A DNA stretch of 64,000 nt from Macrostomum lignano (Eukaryota): NCBI GenBank assembly GCA_002269645.1, contig NIVC01002162.1, forward strand, positions 133,564 through 197,563. Direction: 5' to 3'. Under the pieces are notes generated by a model. It made no database searches. It saw only the letters and a list, made by a program, of their open reading frames with translations, and was not told the DNA's origin. The translations under genes were made by a program, and so were the position numbers. Positions 49,132 through 63,418 of the stretch are shown here, in pieces; the stretch's first letter is position 1, and each line of letters opens with the position of its first letter.

Positions 49132-50769
49132 CCAAAGGGATTTATCCTTGAATAAACTAGCTCGTATACATGTACTCGTAGCTTAATTTTGACAGCAATA
49201 TCATCATCTCAATTAAGCGACCCCCTGCGAGAGCCTTTTCATCTCAGCAACTCCCCAATCATGCAGCCTTGACATCTCAGCCATACCCCATGAGCCTTAA
49301 TAGCCGGACAGCTCAGCGATTCTACCTGTGAGACACAGCATTTCATAAATATCTTCCAGCTTTTCAGTCAGAGCAAAATGTTTTACCTTGAAGTACACCC
49401 GATCAAAAATACTTTCTTTCCTAGAGTTTTTTAATATTTAATCCTATAAAAATGAAGCAATTTCTTAGTAAAATTACGTGTACCAGCGCGTTATCAATGC
49501 GCATAGAATATGCTGCAAAACCAAACGAAAATCGGTTCCCGCAGTGTCATGTTAAACCAAAGTTCTCAAGCACAGATGATACAACAATATATTGTATATT
49601 TAAAGCAGTGAACTTTGACAGCTTGGCTTTTGAAGACTGCTTCTCGGAAAAGTTTGCCAAAATATACAGCAGTATACGTTCATGTAGGGTATTGAATACT
49701 GGCTGAAAAATCATTGGCTATATGCAGGGGTGGGGGAGGTGGGGGTGGCCGATGGCCTCCCTTGGGTACCTCTGTAGTAGCTGCGGCGGCCCGGTATTGG
49801 CGCCCTTCTGATGTTGGTGCCCTGGTGTTAAGCCCCTGGTGTTAAGCCCCTGGTACTAGCTAAAGCCCCTGGCACTAAAGCCCGGGTCCGGGGCCCCTGC
49901 ACGATGACGCCCTTCCGAGGAATGGCACCTCAAGTTGACCCCCTCGCGCTGGCGCCTTCAGAAGACGTGCTTTATCTAATAAAAAGTCCTGGCGACACCT
50001 GTGAATACATAAACTTTATTTTAATGTCTACATTTTAAGTGACAAAACGAAGTGATGCACTACTACAAGTAATACCTATTTAGCGTTTGCTTAAAGGCGA
50101 ATCGCAATTGAAGTTGCAGTTACTAATGGCACATTATTAGCTGTTGAAAGTGTCTTTCAGACTGGCAGTTTGCATTGGAATGCAGTCTTGCAGATTTTGT
50201 TTGAAGTCGTCAAGACTGCGCACTTCAATGCCCTGCAAAGGATATATACGAGTATGTACACGAGTACAATTAGGGCAATGGTTGAAATATTGATCAGCAC
50301 TTACTGCTAGTTTATCCTGTTAAAGCTTTACGCTATTTTTACTTAGATGACGATACACTCAGATTTTTTAATTTGCCTGAGAGCCTAAAGGTACTGTATA
50401 CCTGTATTTATTCATAACTACACGCCGAAGGCAACATTTCCAGTTTAAAAAAACAGAAAAGCACATGTACACTCGTACAATGCTGCCGGCTCACCTGATA
50501 GGTAGCATAATAATCGTCCTGAGCATTAAAGGTGAACTGCTGCCTATTGATTTTGTGAACACTCAGCACACGCCTGTCTTGCGAACCCTGTTTCAGCCAT
50601 TTCTAAAATATATAGTTTACAGTGATTACATGTAATACAGGTATGTACTGTGAGGGCTCATTGGCACGATGGGTTACAATGTAAGTGGGAAGTTTTTGAT
50701 TGGACAAATCAAATAATCAAATCATCATTTATTTGTACAAGCACTAGCTGATGAACAACTTTGACAGAA

Positions 50770-51100
50770 ATTGTACATTGGGGCAGTAGTGGAAGGGCTG
50801 GGTAAATGTACATTGGGGCAGAAAGGAAAGGAGTCGAAGGACTGAGCAACAATATGTGCATTGGGGTAAGGAGTGGAAAGTCTTGGAATTAAGCACATGT
50901 ACATCGGGGCAGGAGTGGAAGGGCTGGGTAAATGTACATTGGGGCAGAAAGGAAAGGAGTCGAAGGACTGAGCAACAATATGTGCATTGGGGTAAGGAGT
51001 GGAAAGTCTTGGAATTAAGCACATGTATATTGGGGCAGGAGTGGTAAGGGGCTGGGCACATCTACATTTGGGTAGAAGTGGAAGGACTGGGACATGTACA
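50770..51100. repeat. 126-bp tandem duplication built from GTACATTGGGGCAG subrepeats
   Basis: 42-codon periodicity visible in ORFs 50725-51108 and 50744-51061. Confidence 0.85.
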
Positions 51101-51699
51101 ATAGCCACACAGTACGAGCTATAACGACGTTATAGTATGTATATTGCTGGGAAAATTTGTGCCAATGCGTCAAAGTCTTGAAACTTTAAACGTTCACTTC
51201 GGATTATCGAACGCTTACTAGTGGGTAAACAACTAGACAGCTCACCTTCCAATAATTGTAAAGATCCTTTTTGCTAATTCTATCCAGAATAGTTTTGACA
51301 TTGGTGTCCAAACTATGGGTATCCCAGCTGAAATCGTAGTCGCCGCAGGTGATGTGTCGCCAGTACAGCTCATGCTGCCTGTTTAAATTTGGCGCAGTAA
51401 ACAGACGTGTCGCAAGCTGTTGCACTCGACTCTTCATACCCGCCAGCTGCTCCTTGGTTATGGAATCCACTGTTTTACCGACGCATGCGATTACCAACTC
51501 GATTGTTGTTTCAATCTGCGTGCAGATGTTTAGCAACAGGTCAATATTCATGCAGTAAAACAGCTTGCTACATGTCATTCTGAATGTAAATCCGCAAGAA
51601 AATACAGTAGCAAAATATTCTGTCAGCCAAGGTCTCAAGAAACTGGGGCACAGAGTCAAAGGGCGTGTCTCTGAATCGTCCACCGGCAGTTAAAGAAAC

Positions 51700-51970
51700 G
51701 CCGACTGAGAATGCCGTGTCCTTGCTGTGAATGCATATATCTACTGCATCTAATACCTAGAATAATTGCATGCAGAAGGCAGGTTGTGAGCGCGCAGGCA
51801 CAACGCTTTCGACGACATGGTTCCACGGCCAATGCTCCGAGGCAATTCCGAGCGCGCCAATACTGTACGCAGGCACCCATGCACTCATTATACACACGCT
51901 CACACAGAGTGCACAGCTTGACCTTCTAATCGTCAGGCATGTGCACTCTCTGCGCCTTGGAAGTTGGTCC
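51700..51970 (-). mobile_element. SINE family A body
   Basis: CCAAGGCGCAGAGAGTGCACATGCCTGACGATTAG...GTGAGCGTGTG...CATGTCGTCGAAAGCG. Confidence 0.7.
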
Positions 51971-52984
51971 TCATGGCTGTGAATCGCACGACAGCTCTTC
52001 TAATGAGAAGTTCAAACCAAGAGACTTACCGCAACGGGATGCGACTCGGAGACTAGCTCAATGACGATGCAGTTGGCATTGCAGCCAATCACCGTGTCCC
52101 ACCTTAAATCGCGCTTTGTACAGTCGGGCAGTTTGGTACAGAGTGTCAGAGCTTCTTTCAGTAGCCACAAGCAGCAATTATGCCAGAACCGACGGAAGAA
52201 GAAGTCGTCGTATTTTGACGCTTGCTTTTTTAACCCTCCCGATATCGCAGTCGGCATCTGAAGCAGCAGGCCGCAAACCGACTTGGTCAACGCAGCGTCG
52301 CCTTTCTTCAACCTCGTAGTCCGGCTGGTAAGTTCGATGCTTCTGTTAGTAGCGAAGTTCAACCGGATGAAATGGTGACTGCCTCTTGGTAGGAGTCGCT
52401 CAGAACAGCGCATAAAAAATGGATCCAATCGAAACGTGTCCGCTGGACGCCGCGAAAGTGGTGGAAGAACAGCTGTAATTGAGTCAACCAGTGAGATGAC
52501 TTGCTCAGCAGTGAGATTGCCCAGCGCCAGAATCTCAGCATACAGTTCTGGCCGGCTGGGCCAGTTCTCGCGTTCCAGCGGAGTGGCATGAGCGGGATTG
52601 GAAAAGTGATGCGCTATGAAACTTGACGGATTGATTTCCACTTCTCGGTCTGGCTTTTGTGCTATGAGAGGAAAACATTGTGCAATTATGGTTGAGCTAC
52701 AAGTCAGTGCGACAGTTTACAATCAATGGTACCTCACTCACCCAGCGTTTGCGTATCCAAGGACTGATAGTCTCGCTGGATGTGTAAAAATCCAGCCAGA
52801 TCCAAGCGATTTGCAATCTGGGATAAGTCTGAACAGGGCTGTAATGAAAACTTCTGCGCTCTAAGATTTCCAATGCGCTCCTGTGCAAAGGTGAACGAAA
52901 TGTTCAAAATTAATTTGAATGCAATGAATGTAATTTTAAATTTAAAAAATAACTTTGATGGGCTGCATCTTAAATCCTGAGCCG

Positions 52985-53600
52985 CTGGACCCTAAGCACA
53001 TACTGTACGCAGGCACGCAGTCATAACAACCGCTCACACAATGTTTACAGCGGCCCTGACTTTCTAATTGTCAGGCACGTACAGGGGCGTCGCTACCGGG
53101 AGGACAGGGGGGGGGGGAGGACATGCCAATGCCTTGTCCCCCCCACCCCATCTTCGTTGACCTGTAATGGAAATAAAAAAATCGCTTCAGAGCGACAAAA
53201 CATAGCGCCTGCGGACAAAAATGGTGCCTGCGGCGCTAAAATGAGTGCCTGCGGCGCTAAAATGGGTGCCTGCGGTGCTATAATGAGTGCCTGTGAACCA
53301 AATTGAGTGCCTGCGGCGCTAAAATGAGTGCCTGCGGTGCTAAAATGAATGCCTGCGGTGCTAAAATGGTCGCTGACGACACCGATTCTGAAAAAATGTA
53401 CATATAGTAATTTAGTCGTGTACATGTACATTTACAATTCTTGGCTTTGTCCCCCACCATAAAATCCATGGCAACGCCCCTGGGCATATACACTCTCTTT
53501 GCCTTGGGGGTTGGCCCTCATGGCACCACACCTCCCGGTCAATCTTCCGACCTTCTACGGAATCGAACCAGGGGTCGTGTTGCGCGAGATTCAGACGCAT
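52985..53600 (-). mobile_element. SINE family A copy split by a hAT MITE
   Basis: B-box GGTTCGATTCC near 53570; body resumes at about 53081 with GCCTGACAATTAG...GGGCCGCTGTA. Confidence 0.7.
53082..53482. mobile_element. hAT-type MITE with internal 21-bp repeats
   Basis: TIRs CAGGGGCGTCGCTA / TGGCAACGCCCCTG; 8-bp TSD GGCACGTA / GGCATATA (each one change from SINE consensus GGCATGTA); GCCTGCGGCGCTAAAATGAGT about x7. Confidence 0.85.
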
Positions 53601-55234
53601 TATAACTGAACTTCTCTGCCCACAGTGTTTTAAGGCAGTCTGCCAAAGGAAGACACACCTGGTTGAAGTAGTTTAAGGGAACTCGCAGCTCTGCAATGCG
53701 ACCCAATGCGGCCAACAAAAGGGCCGGTAGAGGCTCGCTGTGACCGCTGCAGCACACCTGGATGCCGTTGCAGCTTCGAGAGACGCTCAGCTCAAGGTCG
53801 GCTTCAACCGCTTGCATTTTCAGATCGGCCAGCTCTTCAGAAAATAGATTGGCCAGAATGCTGATCTGCAGAGACGAGGCCAGGGCGAGCCTCACAACGT
53901 CAACTGGAGGCAGCAGGTCAACGGATATGTAGGCAAGTTCGGTTTGGAACCGGTCATCTTGTCGGAACCAGAGATTAGTGCTGGATGAGCTGCCGTCTAG
54001 TGTACTTTGGCGTTTGATTTTTCGAGGCCCGTTAGGCTGTGGGTTTTAATTATCGTTTTATACCGCAGATACTACATGATGAATACGGTGAACTCATTGC
54101 TCATAGCTCATTGGCCCATAGAGTAGAAAGCAGTTGAGTAGAAAGCTTCATTGGATAAGACTCGTTTATTGGTCCAGCTCGCTTTAACCGTAGCTTAAAT
54201 TTTTTCTTGAACACGTCTTTTCACAAATAGTCTTTTTACCTCCTCTCTAGACCTCTTCAGCCTAACGCTTTCATGCAATGCATATTCTCAATGACGCTGT
54301 TTAGTGCACATTACGTCTGCATCAATTAGCAAGCTGTAGACGTCTACAAGTCACTACAACTACGGTTCTTTACATAAAATAGCTATCACATTCTCGCTTG
54401 CTACTTCCTGACTGAAATTTAAGGAACTAAGCTGGCATGTCTAGTAGTCCGTGATCTATCGATTATAGCAAATGCGGTTAATGTCAGTATGACCAAAAAT
54501 ATGACCGCAGTCAAAAATTTATTTATTTACTGACCTGATTAGTTAAGTCTCGGGGCTTTAAACTAAAATTTTTGCACACAAACGGCCTCGGTCTTGGCCA
54601 GGTGAACACAGTGTCAATCTGACAGCTTGCAGTTGGCCATTCGGCTCTGCACAGAGCCAATAAGTTTTCAGACAGCTTCTCCAAATTGTAAGGAGCTATG
54701 CCGTCGGGCTGGCAGCACAGCCTTCCGTCGGGAGCTGAAGTTGATGTGTTGAAGTTGCGATTGTTGCTTCTTAACTACAAAATACATGATTTACTATTCT
54801 TCGACTACAAAACCCTTTGGTCCCGCAAGAAACAATAAAGAGATTTTAGCGCTTTTTTGTTGTTGAAATTCTTGCAAATTTAAGTCCGCATGATCAAGCG
54901 AACTTGTGATGGCCAAGTTCTAATAAATCCATGTACACACTCTGTGTGCCTTGGGGTTAAATTGGTAGGACAGCCCCTAGAAAGATTCCTGGAACAAGCC
55001 CAAATTATGTAGACTAACACAATCGAAGCATGGTTTGTGTTGTGCAAGAGTCAGAAACGCTTCCGCTGAGCTGGCCTGCCTTAACAAAGTAAAGACAGCA
55101 ATTCTCAACAGTTTTTAGACTCTCTGTTCGAAATTCATACGTTCGAAATGCATCTGACTCTTGCGCAACACCACCGGCTTGTGCATAAAATTAGCGAGAA
55201 GGGGGTTGCAATGCGTACACGATTTACGCCTTCG

Positions 55235-55435
55235 AGAGCCAGAGGCACAGAGAGTGTACATGCCTGACGATTAGTAAGTCAGGGCCGCTGTACACTCTGC
55301 GTGAGCGTGTGTATGAGTGTGTGTCTGTGTACAGTATTGACGCTCTCGTATGTACGTGCTCAGGAGTCAGCGGAATGGCCAGAATTGCAGCGCTGGTTGT
55401 GGAACGATGTCGCCGAAGGCGTTGCGCCGTCCCTA
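55235..55435 (+). mobile_element. SINE family A body
   Basis: GGCACAGAGAGTGTACATGCCTGACGATTAG...GGAGTCAGCGGAATGG...ATGTCGCCGAAGG. Confidence 0.75.
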
Positions 55436-58400
55436 CCTACATCGCTCCTGCGAAGGTTTATACTTTTTATAACCCAAGTCTCACAGCTGAATAAGCATAC
55501 GTGCTCCGTATGCCAGTCCAAGTCGGAAACGAACACTCTGCACTGGTCCACAGTCAGACAAGCCAGAAACCCGTTCATTTCCTCGGCAGAATAGCTCGAA
55601 AGCAAGTGCCTGGCTGAGAGCACATCCGCGATCTCGTACCGGTGCAATCGAGTCGCGATGTTGAACTCGTCATTCACCAATGGCAGGCGTTTTAGCTTCA
55701 GAAAAGCAGACCAATCGTCAACTTCAGGTAGGAAATGCGCCCGTCTATCTAACCTGACCTCATTGTGCAGCTGTTCGAAATGCTGCGCCTGACTGCGGAT
55801 CATTGCCAGGTAGCGGAAGACTGCACTAATTATCTGCGAGTCAATGAAAGTAAGTTGCGAAGAAAAAATTAGGAAATAAGTTTTTATAAGAGATCGCCTA
55901 ATGAAGAGTACGAAGATACTGAAGCGATATTAAAGACACAGAAACAGGTCCTTAGCTTATGTCGAAGCTTATGTGAAGCTCAAAGTTTTAATATTGATCT
56001 CAATTAGATTTCCGCCCTTGATAAATTTAACCAAACCAAGTACAAGTCTTCTGTTTCCACAGTATACTTCGTTGTTTCATCGCAGTGAAGAGCAATGCAG
56101 AACGTATCAAAATCAATGCAGCCTGTGTCCGTCAGGGACGCGCTATCTAGCTGAACTCCGAGCTTAGTACGCAAATACTCCTTCAGACTGCCCAGTCCAT
56201 CCCTGCCAAACAGATACTTCACTAATAGATCGGGCGATTTTTTGTGCAGATCGGTCTGATCTGGCAGCGGGAACACAATGAATATGCCGCCCAAGTTCAT
56301 GCGCTTGCCGCGAATCTGTGCATAAGTAGCAGGGTGAGTGGATGCAGTGGATGCAGTAATCCGCACTGCTAGACACAATTTCTATGTTTGTATTCTTCGC
56401 CTCAAATCCACTGTTTTTCACTGTAAACTACCAGAGGAAGAACACCCTGAAAATTAGCCAGAGTAAAAGGCCAGTGACGAGCGAGGCCAGAGCTGACGCA
56501 GACACATGTCGTCGACGTGCTGATAAAAATTTGGAGAGTTGACAAGGCCGCACTGAGACGCAATGCTGATTGACACATAGGGGTGTATTGAAATGCACTA
56601 AGGTTTACAAGGGAAAAATTCTGGTAGAATTGTTGAATATCTCGACGGTCTGGAAAATGGCTAATTGGTATTCTTTCTGTTAATTTAGGAGCACTCTTTT
56701 TCGGTGGCTGCGTTGACGTGACGCAAAAAGCCTATATTTGTCTGTGTAAGCAACCAGTACTAACTCGTAAGTATAGGCATTGTAAGTTTAAATAGTAGTC
56801 ACAAAGAAGGAGTACGTCACTGATCAAGTCTATTTCCCAATTACCTTGGTTCCGCCTAACGCAGTGTATGATCCCTCCAACGGATGCTGACCTTCGAGCG
56901 TACTCGAGAGTCAGTCGGGGTTGAAAAATCAAATTTTGTGGCGGCAGTCAGGCTCTGAAATAAAGAGTTCGGAGTTCTCATTTAGGGATTAGACGCCTGT
57001 AGTTTATCGCAGTTTAAATTGGAGTTGAGTATTTTTTATTTCTAGTTTTAATACTTCACTGTGGCATGCTATTTGTTCATTGAATGTCATCCCGTACATA
57101 CCACAAGCTCGTCAGTTGAGCGACCATCTTCCAAAGCCATTCGCCTCCGGCAGTTTGAGTTGAAATGCCGCTTGTGGAATTCAGCTAGCCTATCGCACAG
57201 TTCCTCGATCTGAAACAACTCGACTGTGCGCTGGCTCGGTTGAACCATCCGATTGTAGGGGTGATTCGAATTTCCCGAACAACGCTGCAGCCAATTCAAA
57301 GAGGATAGTTGTTGCTTGTACTTTTCCTTTTGATTAAATGCTTGATTCTGTTCGCAGAAAATTCCGGTGTTGTAATGCTTTTGATCAACTGTTTGAGCAC
57401 CTTTGATACGCTGTCTGAGGAGGTTATTTTGTAGCTGAACTCAGTTCGGTCATCGGCAACTCTCACACTGCCAGTCAAGCCGATTGTAGAATCCGTTTGC
57501 ATGGCAACCATGCCTGCCAGCAGTTCAGCCAGTCCCAGACAGTCTGGCGGATCGTGCAAGCGACCAACACCGATGGTGAGGCAGAGCAGCGATTTTCGAT
57601 CGAGCGTGTCCTCAGTTTGGCTGACTAGACAGGCCGAGTAATTAGACGCTGTTTCTATGGCAACGCACTTCGACTGCAATGGTGCCGGAACATCTTTTAA
57701 TATTTTGCCGATTTCCATCGCCACTTTCAGTTGAACGAGCTAGGTGTCTAGAATTTTAAGAGTAGAGATGAAGATGCGTAAGATTAGCTTACTCTGTAAC
57801 TCTGTCTTAGGTACTCTGGTCGCAGGCTACTCTTGATCACAGGTACTACTGGCCACAAGCATTCTGGTTAAGTTATTGTGGTATTACGGTAAAAGACTCA
57901 AATAAACTTCTGCTAACTGCTTCTGCTAAAATGTAGCAAATGTATCTATTAGAGAAAAAACATATGGCAAATGCCACAGCTCAACTTACGTTTCTGATCC
58001 AGCTCAAAGAAAGCAGATTGGCCGCAATATTTTTTATGTTAGAGCAGTTCAGTCAGATTCACGGGAAAAATGATTTTAAGTACAGTTTTATATACTCTTG
58101 GGGTCTTGAAAAATTATCGAAATTCCATTTTGGCTCAATCATTAATGCGTCCGTTTCTTTACTTTGTTCTTCATACATTTACTTTGTCGGACTTTTTAGA
58201 CATAGAGTGGTGCGTTTGTTCAACTAATTAAATTGGAAAATCTTCTTTCATAACAAAAATAGCCCCTCAAATATCTTTTAGCGGTAATCAATTTTCTGCA
58301 AAATTTAGTCTATGACACAGATTTGAGATCAAATTTAAATCATCATGAAATACTTTTTAATCTTCGGTAGTTCGGTCAAGCAACTGGTGGTTTAAAGGAC

Positions 58401-60585
58401 AAAAGAAAGAAGATCCAAATTGCATGAAGAATGGCTCAATCAGGGAATGCGGTAAGTTTTATATAGACCTTAAGAACGTAATTTTTACGATGTCCACAAT
58501 TGCATTGTTTTGTACAGCATTTTACGAGCTAGAGGATGTCAGTTTCTCTGAAGAAAATTAATAGTAGTTGTTTCATAAAAAATTATTTTATACCACTACT
58601 AGACTGATGCAGCAGCCAGTGTGTCTCAGAGAGTCGACAACCTGCCTGGGCCGAAGAAGTGCACCTACAGAGCCATCGAGCTGACAACCGGTGCCACCGC
58701 CTGTCTAATTCAAGAAGCTGAAGACGCCGACCCTTACGGACGTCCGTCGCAGTCAAATTTGATTGTCAGCCTTGGCGTCGGTCGTCAGCAAGATCCGCCA
58801 GACTGTCGTGGCCTGGCCGAGCTCTGCGCCGAACTGACGGTGCTCGAGCTTAACCAAAACTTTCTTTGTCAAAGCATTCTCGACGATTTGACTTCTTACA
58901 TAATTCATTTGGAATCGTTTCATCTCGAAAGCTTCTTAGAGGCCTTGTGCGCTGGAATTCGAAACCCCCGATTTGAAGAGGCCAACATAAAAAGTCTGCC
59001 TTCAGTCTGGCCGATACAAACAAAGCTGGCCAGCTCTGGAGTTTCTGCAGCGCTGCTCGGGGAACAGCTCCTCAGCTCACCCATTCTATCGGCTTGCTCA
59101 ACTGACGTCAGCCGAGCGAACTGTTGAATCATTGGAGATCAGCGAGCTTAGAAAACGACTGATTGAATTTCACGAACGATACTACTCCGGCAATCTGCTG
59201 CGTATAGTGGCTGTTGATTCAAGATCGCTGGACACATTGGAGGCAAGTGTTCCTGTTCAAATATACGTTTAAAAGAAGTCAAGCAGATTCTTCTAGCTGA
59301 AAGTATCCCAGCTACAAATGAAGCATGTAACAATCAATTTTAGAGCATTATTGTGACCACATTTGGCGGCATACCAATCGTTCGGCTCCTAAAGTGGACA
59401 TCAGCTCTCGAGAATTGGAGGACGTGAAAGTAAAATCGGCGGAATCAAGGTAAGCATTCGAGTGGATTGAAAACAAACAATAGCTTGTTTCAAACAATAA
59501 GAGAAACATAAAATGACTCTTTGCGCTGTTCAATCCCAGATTCGAGGCAAGAGCATGAACGTGGACGGAATTCATCTCGTGTTTCCTCTGCCAGACCAAT
59601 CCAGCTTGAGTAGCATTGCACCGGATCTTTATGTGAAGCATTTGCTGCGCAGCAAGCATGTCGGCAGCCTTGAAGCAAGTCTAAACTTGCACGGATTTAG
59701 CTTGAACTCTGCCCGGTTGATGGATTTCGGACAAGTTGGATTCGATTTCTTCTGCATTTCTGTGCAGTGCAATGCTGAAAATAATCAGATAGAAGACGAA
59801 AATATGGTCAGTTTTAATTTTTGTTATCTCTAACGATTGCTGGTTCAGTGTGTGACAGTACTTGAGTGGCATGACCCTACTTCGAAGTAGATGCCAAGGC
59901 CATGGGAGGTATGCTGAAACTCTGTGTCTCATGGAGAGTTGTTCAGATGCCTTGAGCCAAAGCTCATAGGAACTCTCATATTTTAGGGTGGATACCTGGC
60001 TTTTAGAGCATCATTTAGAGTGCGACTGTACAAGGGAAAAACCTACATGTAGTTTAAAAAAATGTACTCTTTCTTTGTTGCCTTCCAAACGAGGGGCGCA
60101 GATTGCTAGTTAAAACATGAAAATACATTGACTTTATTTCTCGAATTCTCTACAGGCCATCAAAATAGTGTTTCGCTACTTGGCCATGATTCGCAGTGTT
60201 GGTCCACTAAATTGGCTACACAATGAGCTTCGCTTGACTTTGCAACGCGAATTCGCACCGAAAGGAAAGCTGGACGAGTCCCTTGAGCCCATGGATCCTA
60301 TGATTAATCTGCTACTGCATCTGGCATCTGACGATTATTCGTTAGCAACTCGGCTTCAAAGATTTTCACAGCGCGACGCTTTAACAGCTCGACACCTGAT
60401 CACTGAGTACTCGGCTCAGGCCATTGCAGACTTTCTAACCTTTTTGACGCCGACAGGTGTATTGTGTACGTCTCTGATATTGGTTGGAATAGCAAGCCGC
60501 TTGCAACTACCAGAGTAAGCTTCTATTGGTCTATGACGGACGGATGTATTTCACGCTGTGGGGTTGTAGCGCCGTAGTGGGTTGG

Positions 60586-60875
60586 AGCCTTAGTGGTTAG
60601 AGCGTCAGACTCACGACTGATAGGTCGCACTCAGAACAATTTGTGTCCTTGAACAAGACACTCTGCATTAACTCTACACTGTTTCAGTTCAACCAGCTGT
60701 AAAATGAGTGCCAGCATTAGCTGGTGTAATTGAGGGTGTGTGTGTTGCGACCCCCCCCCAGTCATTGGACTGAACTAAGTAAGCAGTCTTCGGGATGCGC
60801 CGCGCAATAGCTGCGGCTGAGCTGTCGGTTGCACATCTGGCCATTAGGATAGGTGTAATCATTATTATTATTATT
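60586..60875 (+). mobile_element. SINE family B (tRNA head, CORE-like middle, (ATT)n tail)
   Basis: A-box TAGTGGTTAGAGCG; TGTGTCCTTGAACAAGACACT...CTGTAAAATG resembles the MIR/CORE segment; second copy at 63144. Confidence 0.75.
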
Positions 60876-63143
60876 CACGCTTGGACACAGAGTACATACT
60901 TGACGATCGACAAATTCAATGCTGCTGTACATTCCATTTAATTGTGTACCTCCGTACGTATTTGTGTTCGTGTTTGTGCCTCAATGGTCTGCGGAATGGG
61001 TATGACTGCTTGTCTGACTTCCAGCCGTGTCGAAGCTCCCCAGCTACTAATTAACATTAAGTCTCACATCTAATTACCGAAAGACTTAACGTCAATGCTT
61101 AAAAATAGTATTTAAAGACGTCTTAATCTTGACCTTGCAGCTCCCAGTGGCAAGCTCTGCTGCGTGCCGGAAGGTCAGCAGGCTGAGTACTCCACCGAAA
61201 AGCTGCCACCAGCTCTGCTGAACCTCTGTTCAGCTCCGTGGCCGAAACAAGACTGCGATTTGGATAGAGAGTTCAAGATGCCGCATTCAAAGCCATTTAT
61301 GCCTTCGGATATTAGTTTAAGAGACCGAGAGTTAGCAAAGCTCAGGTAAGAACTTTGATTTGATATGTAGTCAAATTACAAGGTTGAACGAAAACTTTAA
61401 TTACTTTTGATTAAAGCTGTTTATCAGTCAATCTTCGATTAATAAAAGCTAAAATCGGTGCTTTTGCTACTTCTTTTATAATCTTCTAATAAAACTTCAT
61501 ACTAACATCTTAATCAGGATTGCAATAATTTGCTGTCGATAGTAAACAAAAGCTATGAAAAGTTATTTTTTTCAGTAATTATTACCAAGTTTGTTTAACC
61601 ATGTAATACTCGTACAACTGGACCTCATCTGACAAAAAATGATAAAATCGCATTCTCACGAAGTTGTGTCAGCTCTTAATTGATCCCAACAGGCGTGCGT
61701 CACAATTTCTTTATTTGAACACCTGCTGCTTATCCGCATTTTCCCTCAGCTTCCGGGGCCTAGGCAGCTTCGCATACCACCAATGCCGAACTCGGTTTCC
61801 TCAAACTCCCGACTCTGGTTCAGACAGGACGACAGGTTTCAGTCCGATTTGGCCTACGTTTCAATCGACCTAATTCCTCCAATTGAATGCAGTCCAAAGA
61901 ATCAAATTATCTTGGAAATTTTGGTTCAACTATTTTCTAAAGCGTTGCACAAGCTCAAGAAGCAAGCTGCCGAAGTCTGTATGGAGTTGAGCATCTCCCG
62001 TAGCAGCAACGGTATCCAGCTGTGCTTTTCGGATACAACGAACCGCTGCTCAAGTTAATAACGACTGCTCTGTATCAGATTGCCGATCTGAAGATCACCA
62101 AAGAAAGCGTTCACAAGGTCTGCTGTGGCGTTATTCATATCCTTTAGAGACTTGTCAAATTTTACTTTAATTACATACTTTGCCTACCAATACTAATTTC
62201 AGGTCGGCTCAAAGGTTTTGCACCTTGCAGATGAATCGGCGAGCAAAGATGAAGAAGTCGACCAGCTCGCGTGCCAGTTGAACTTGGCTGGCTACTCGCA
62301 TATGCAGCAGAAACTGGATGGAGGAGCAGTCTCAATGGTGAGCAGTTATTACTGTTGTTTCGTCGAAAGGCATATCTGCTTGCACTATCCAATTTTTGCG
62401 ACACTTAGCGTGTACCAATCAAGGATTTATGTCCGTTGCCAGTTACTTTTGCGAAGCCGCACAAAACAGTACAAAAACAGCCGAGCAAAAGCCAAGACCG
62501 GTGCGAAATCTGCACCGGGTCTGTTTGCTGACATCCTGGTGTTTGGCAACGCACCGCGGACGATGCAGTCAAAGCTGCTCAATCGATCCTGACTGCCCTG
62601 CAGTCGCTCTCGTCAACAGCAAAGATGACATCGAATCCTAAAGACCAGCAGCGTCGCCCTGAGTACCTTCTTAGCAAAGGCAGTTACAGTACAGTGCAAC
62701 TTGGAGGCGCTGAAAAATGCGTGGCTGTCAGTCAGAGCGACTGCTACAGCAGCACCTCCTGCGTCTGCGCCATTCTCATTCAAATTCCATTAGCAAAAGC
62801 AAAGCCTCCAATATCGATGAGTGCCGCAACGAAAGCGCTTGGGGAAGAGTTTTTCACGCGAGCAAGTCACGATTGTCTGCTACAGATGATGCTAGCAGCT
62901 GCAGTTGCTACACGTTCTGACAGGATTGAAAATAAAATATCGCTTGGTTACGGCGCGAACTGTGTCATATTTCAGAAGATCATCGAGCAGTCACCTGCTA
63001 AGGTAAGTTTCAAGCATTTTTTGCCAAGTTTGCCAATTTTCCCCAGTAGTTTAGGTTTTCCTGTCATGGTGATAATTCCTTGTGAACTCAGAATTATAGC
63101 CTATTATAAGTAACTTAAGTCTTGTCTTAAGTCTTAGGGTCTT

Positions 63144-63418
63144 AGCCTAGTGGTTATAGCGTCACACTCACGACTGAAAGATGCGGACCCACGTGAAATA
63201 ACTTGTGTCCTTGAACAAGACATTTAACTCTGCATTGCTTCAATTCAACCAGCTGTAAAGTGGGTGCCAGAGCATTAACTGGAGTATTTAAGGGTGTGTG
63301 TGTGGCGACTCCCAGTCCTTACGCAGCTAAACGAGTCGTACGCAGCCTTCAGATGCTGCTGAACTGTCGGTTGCACATATGACCATTAGGGCTGGCGTAA
63401 TCAATTATTATTGTTATC
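63144..63418 (+). mobile_element. SINE family B, second copy
   Basis: Collinear with 60586-60875 through head, middle and tail. Confidence 0.75.

Larger units (their letters stand above)
50137..57724 (-). pseudogene. M16A insulinase/nardilysin-like paralog 1; HxxEH lost; at least one frameshift (gene or pseudogene)
   Basis: IGVGRLHDPPDCLGLAELLAGM (57296-57724), HPY/FHKRHFNSN (57087-57299), VFPLPD (about 56040-56320), FRYLAMIR (about 55500-55835), LWFRQDDRF (about 53660-54000), 52012-52641, YWRHITCGDYDF (about 51245-51560), last exon about 50137-50232. Confidence 0.75.

Noticed and set aside
49720-50000. GC-rich island as a complete MITE
   Set aside because: Has internal AAGCCCCTGG repeats but TIR match is weak and I found no TSD.
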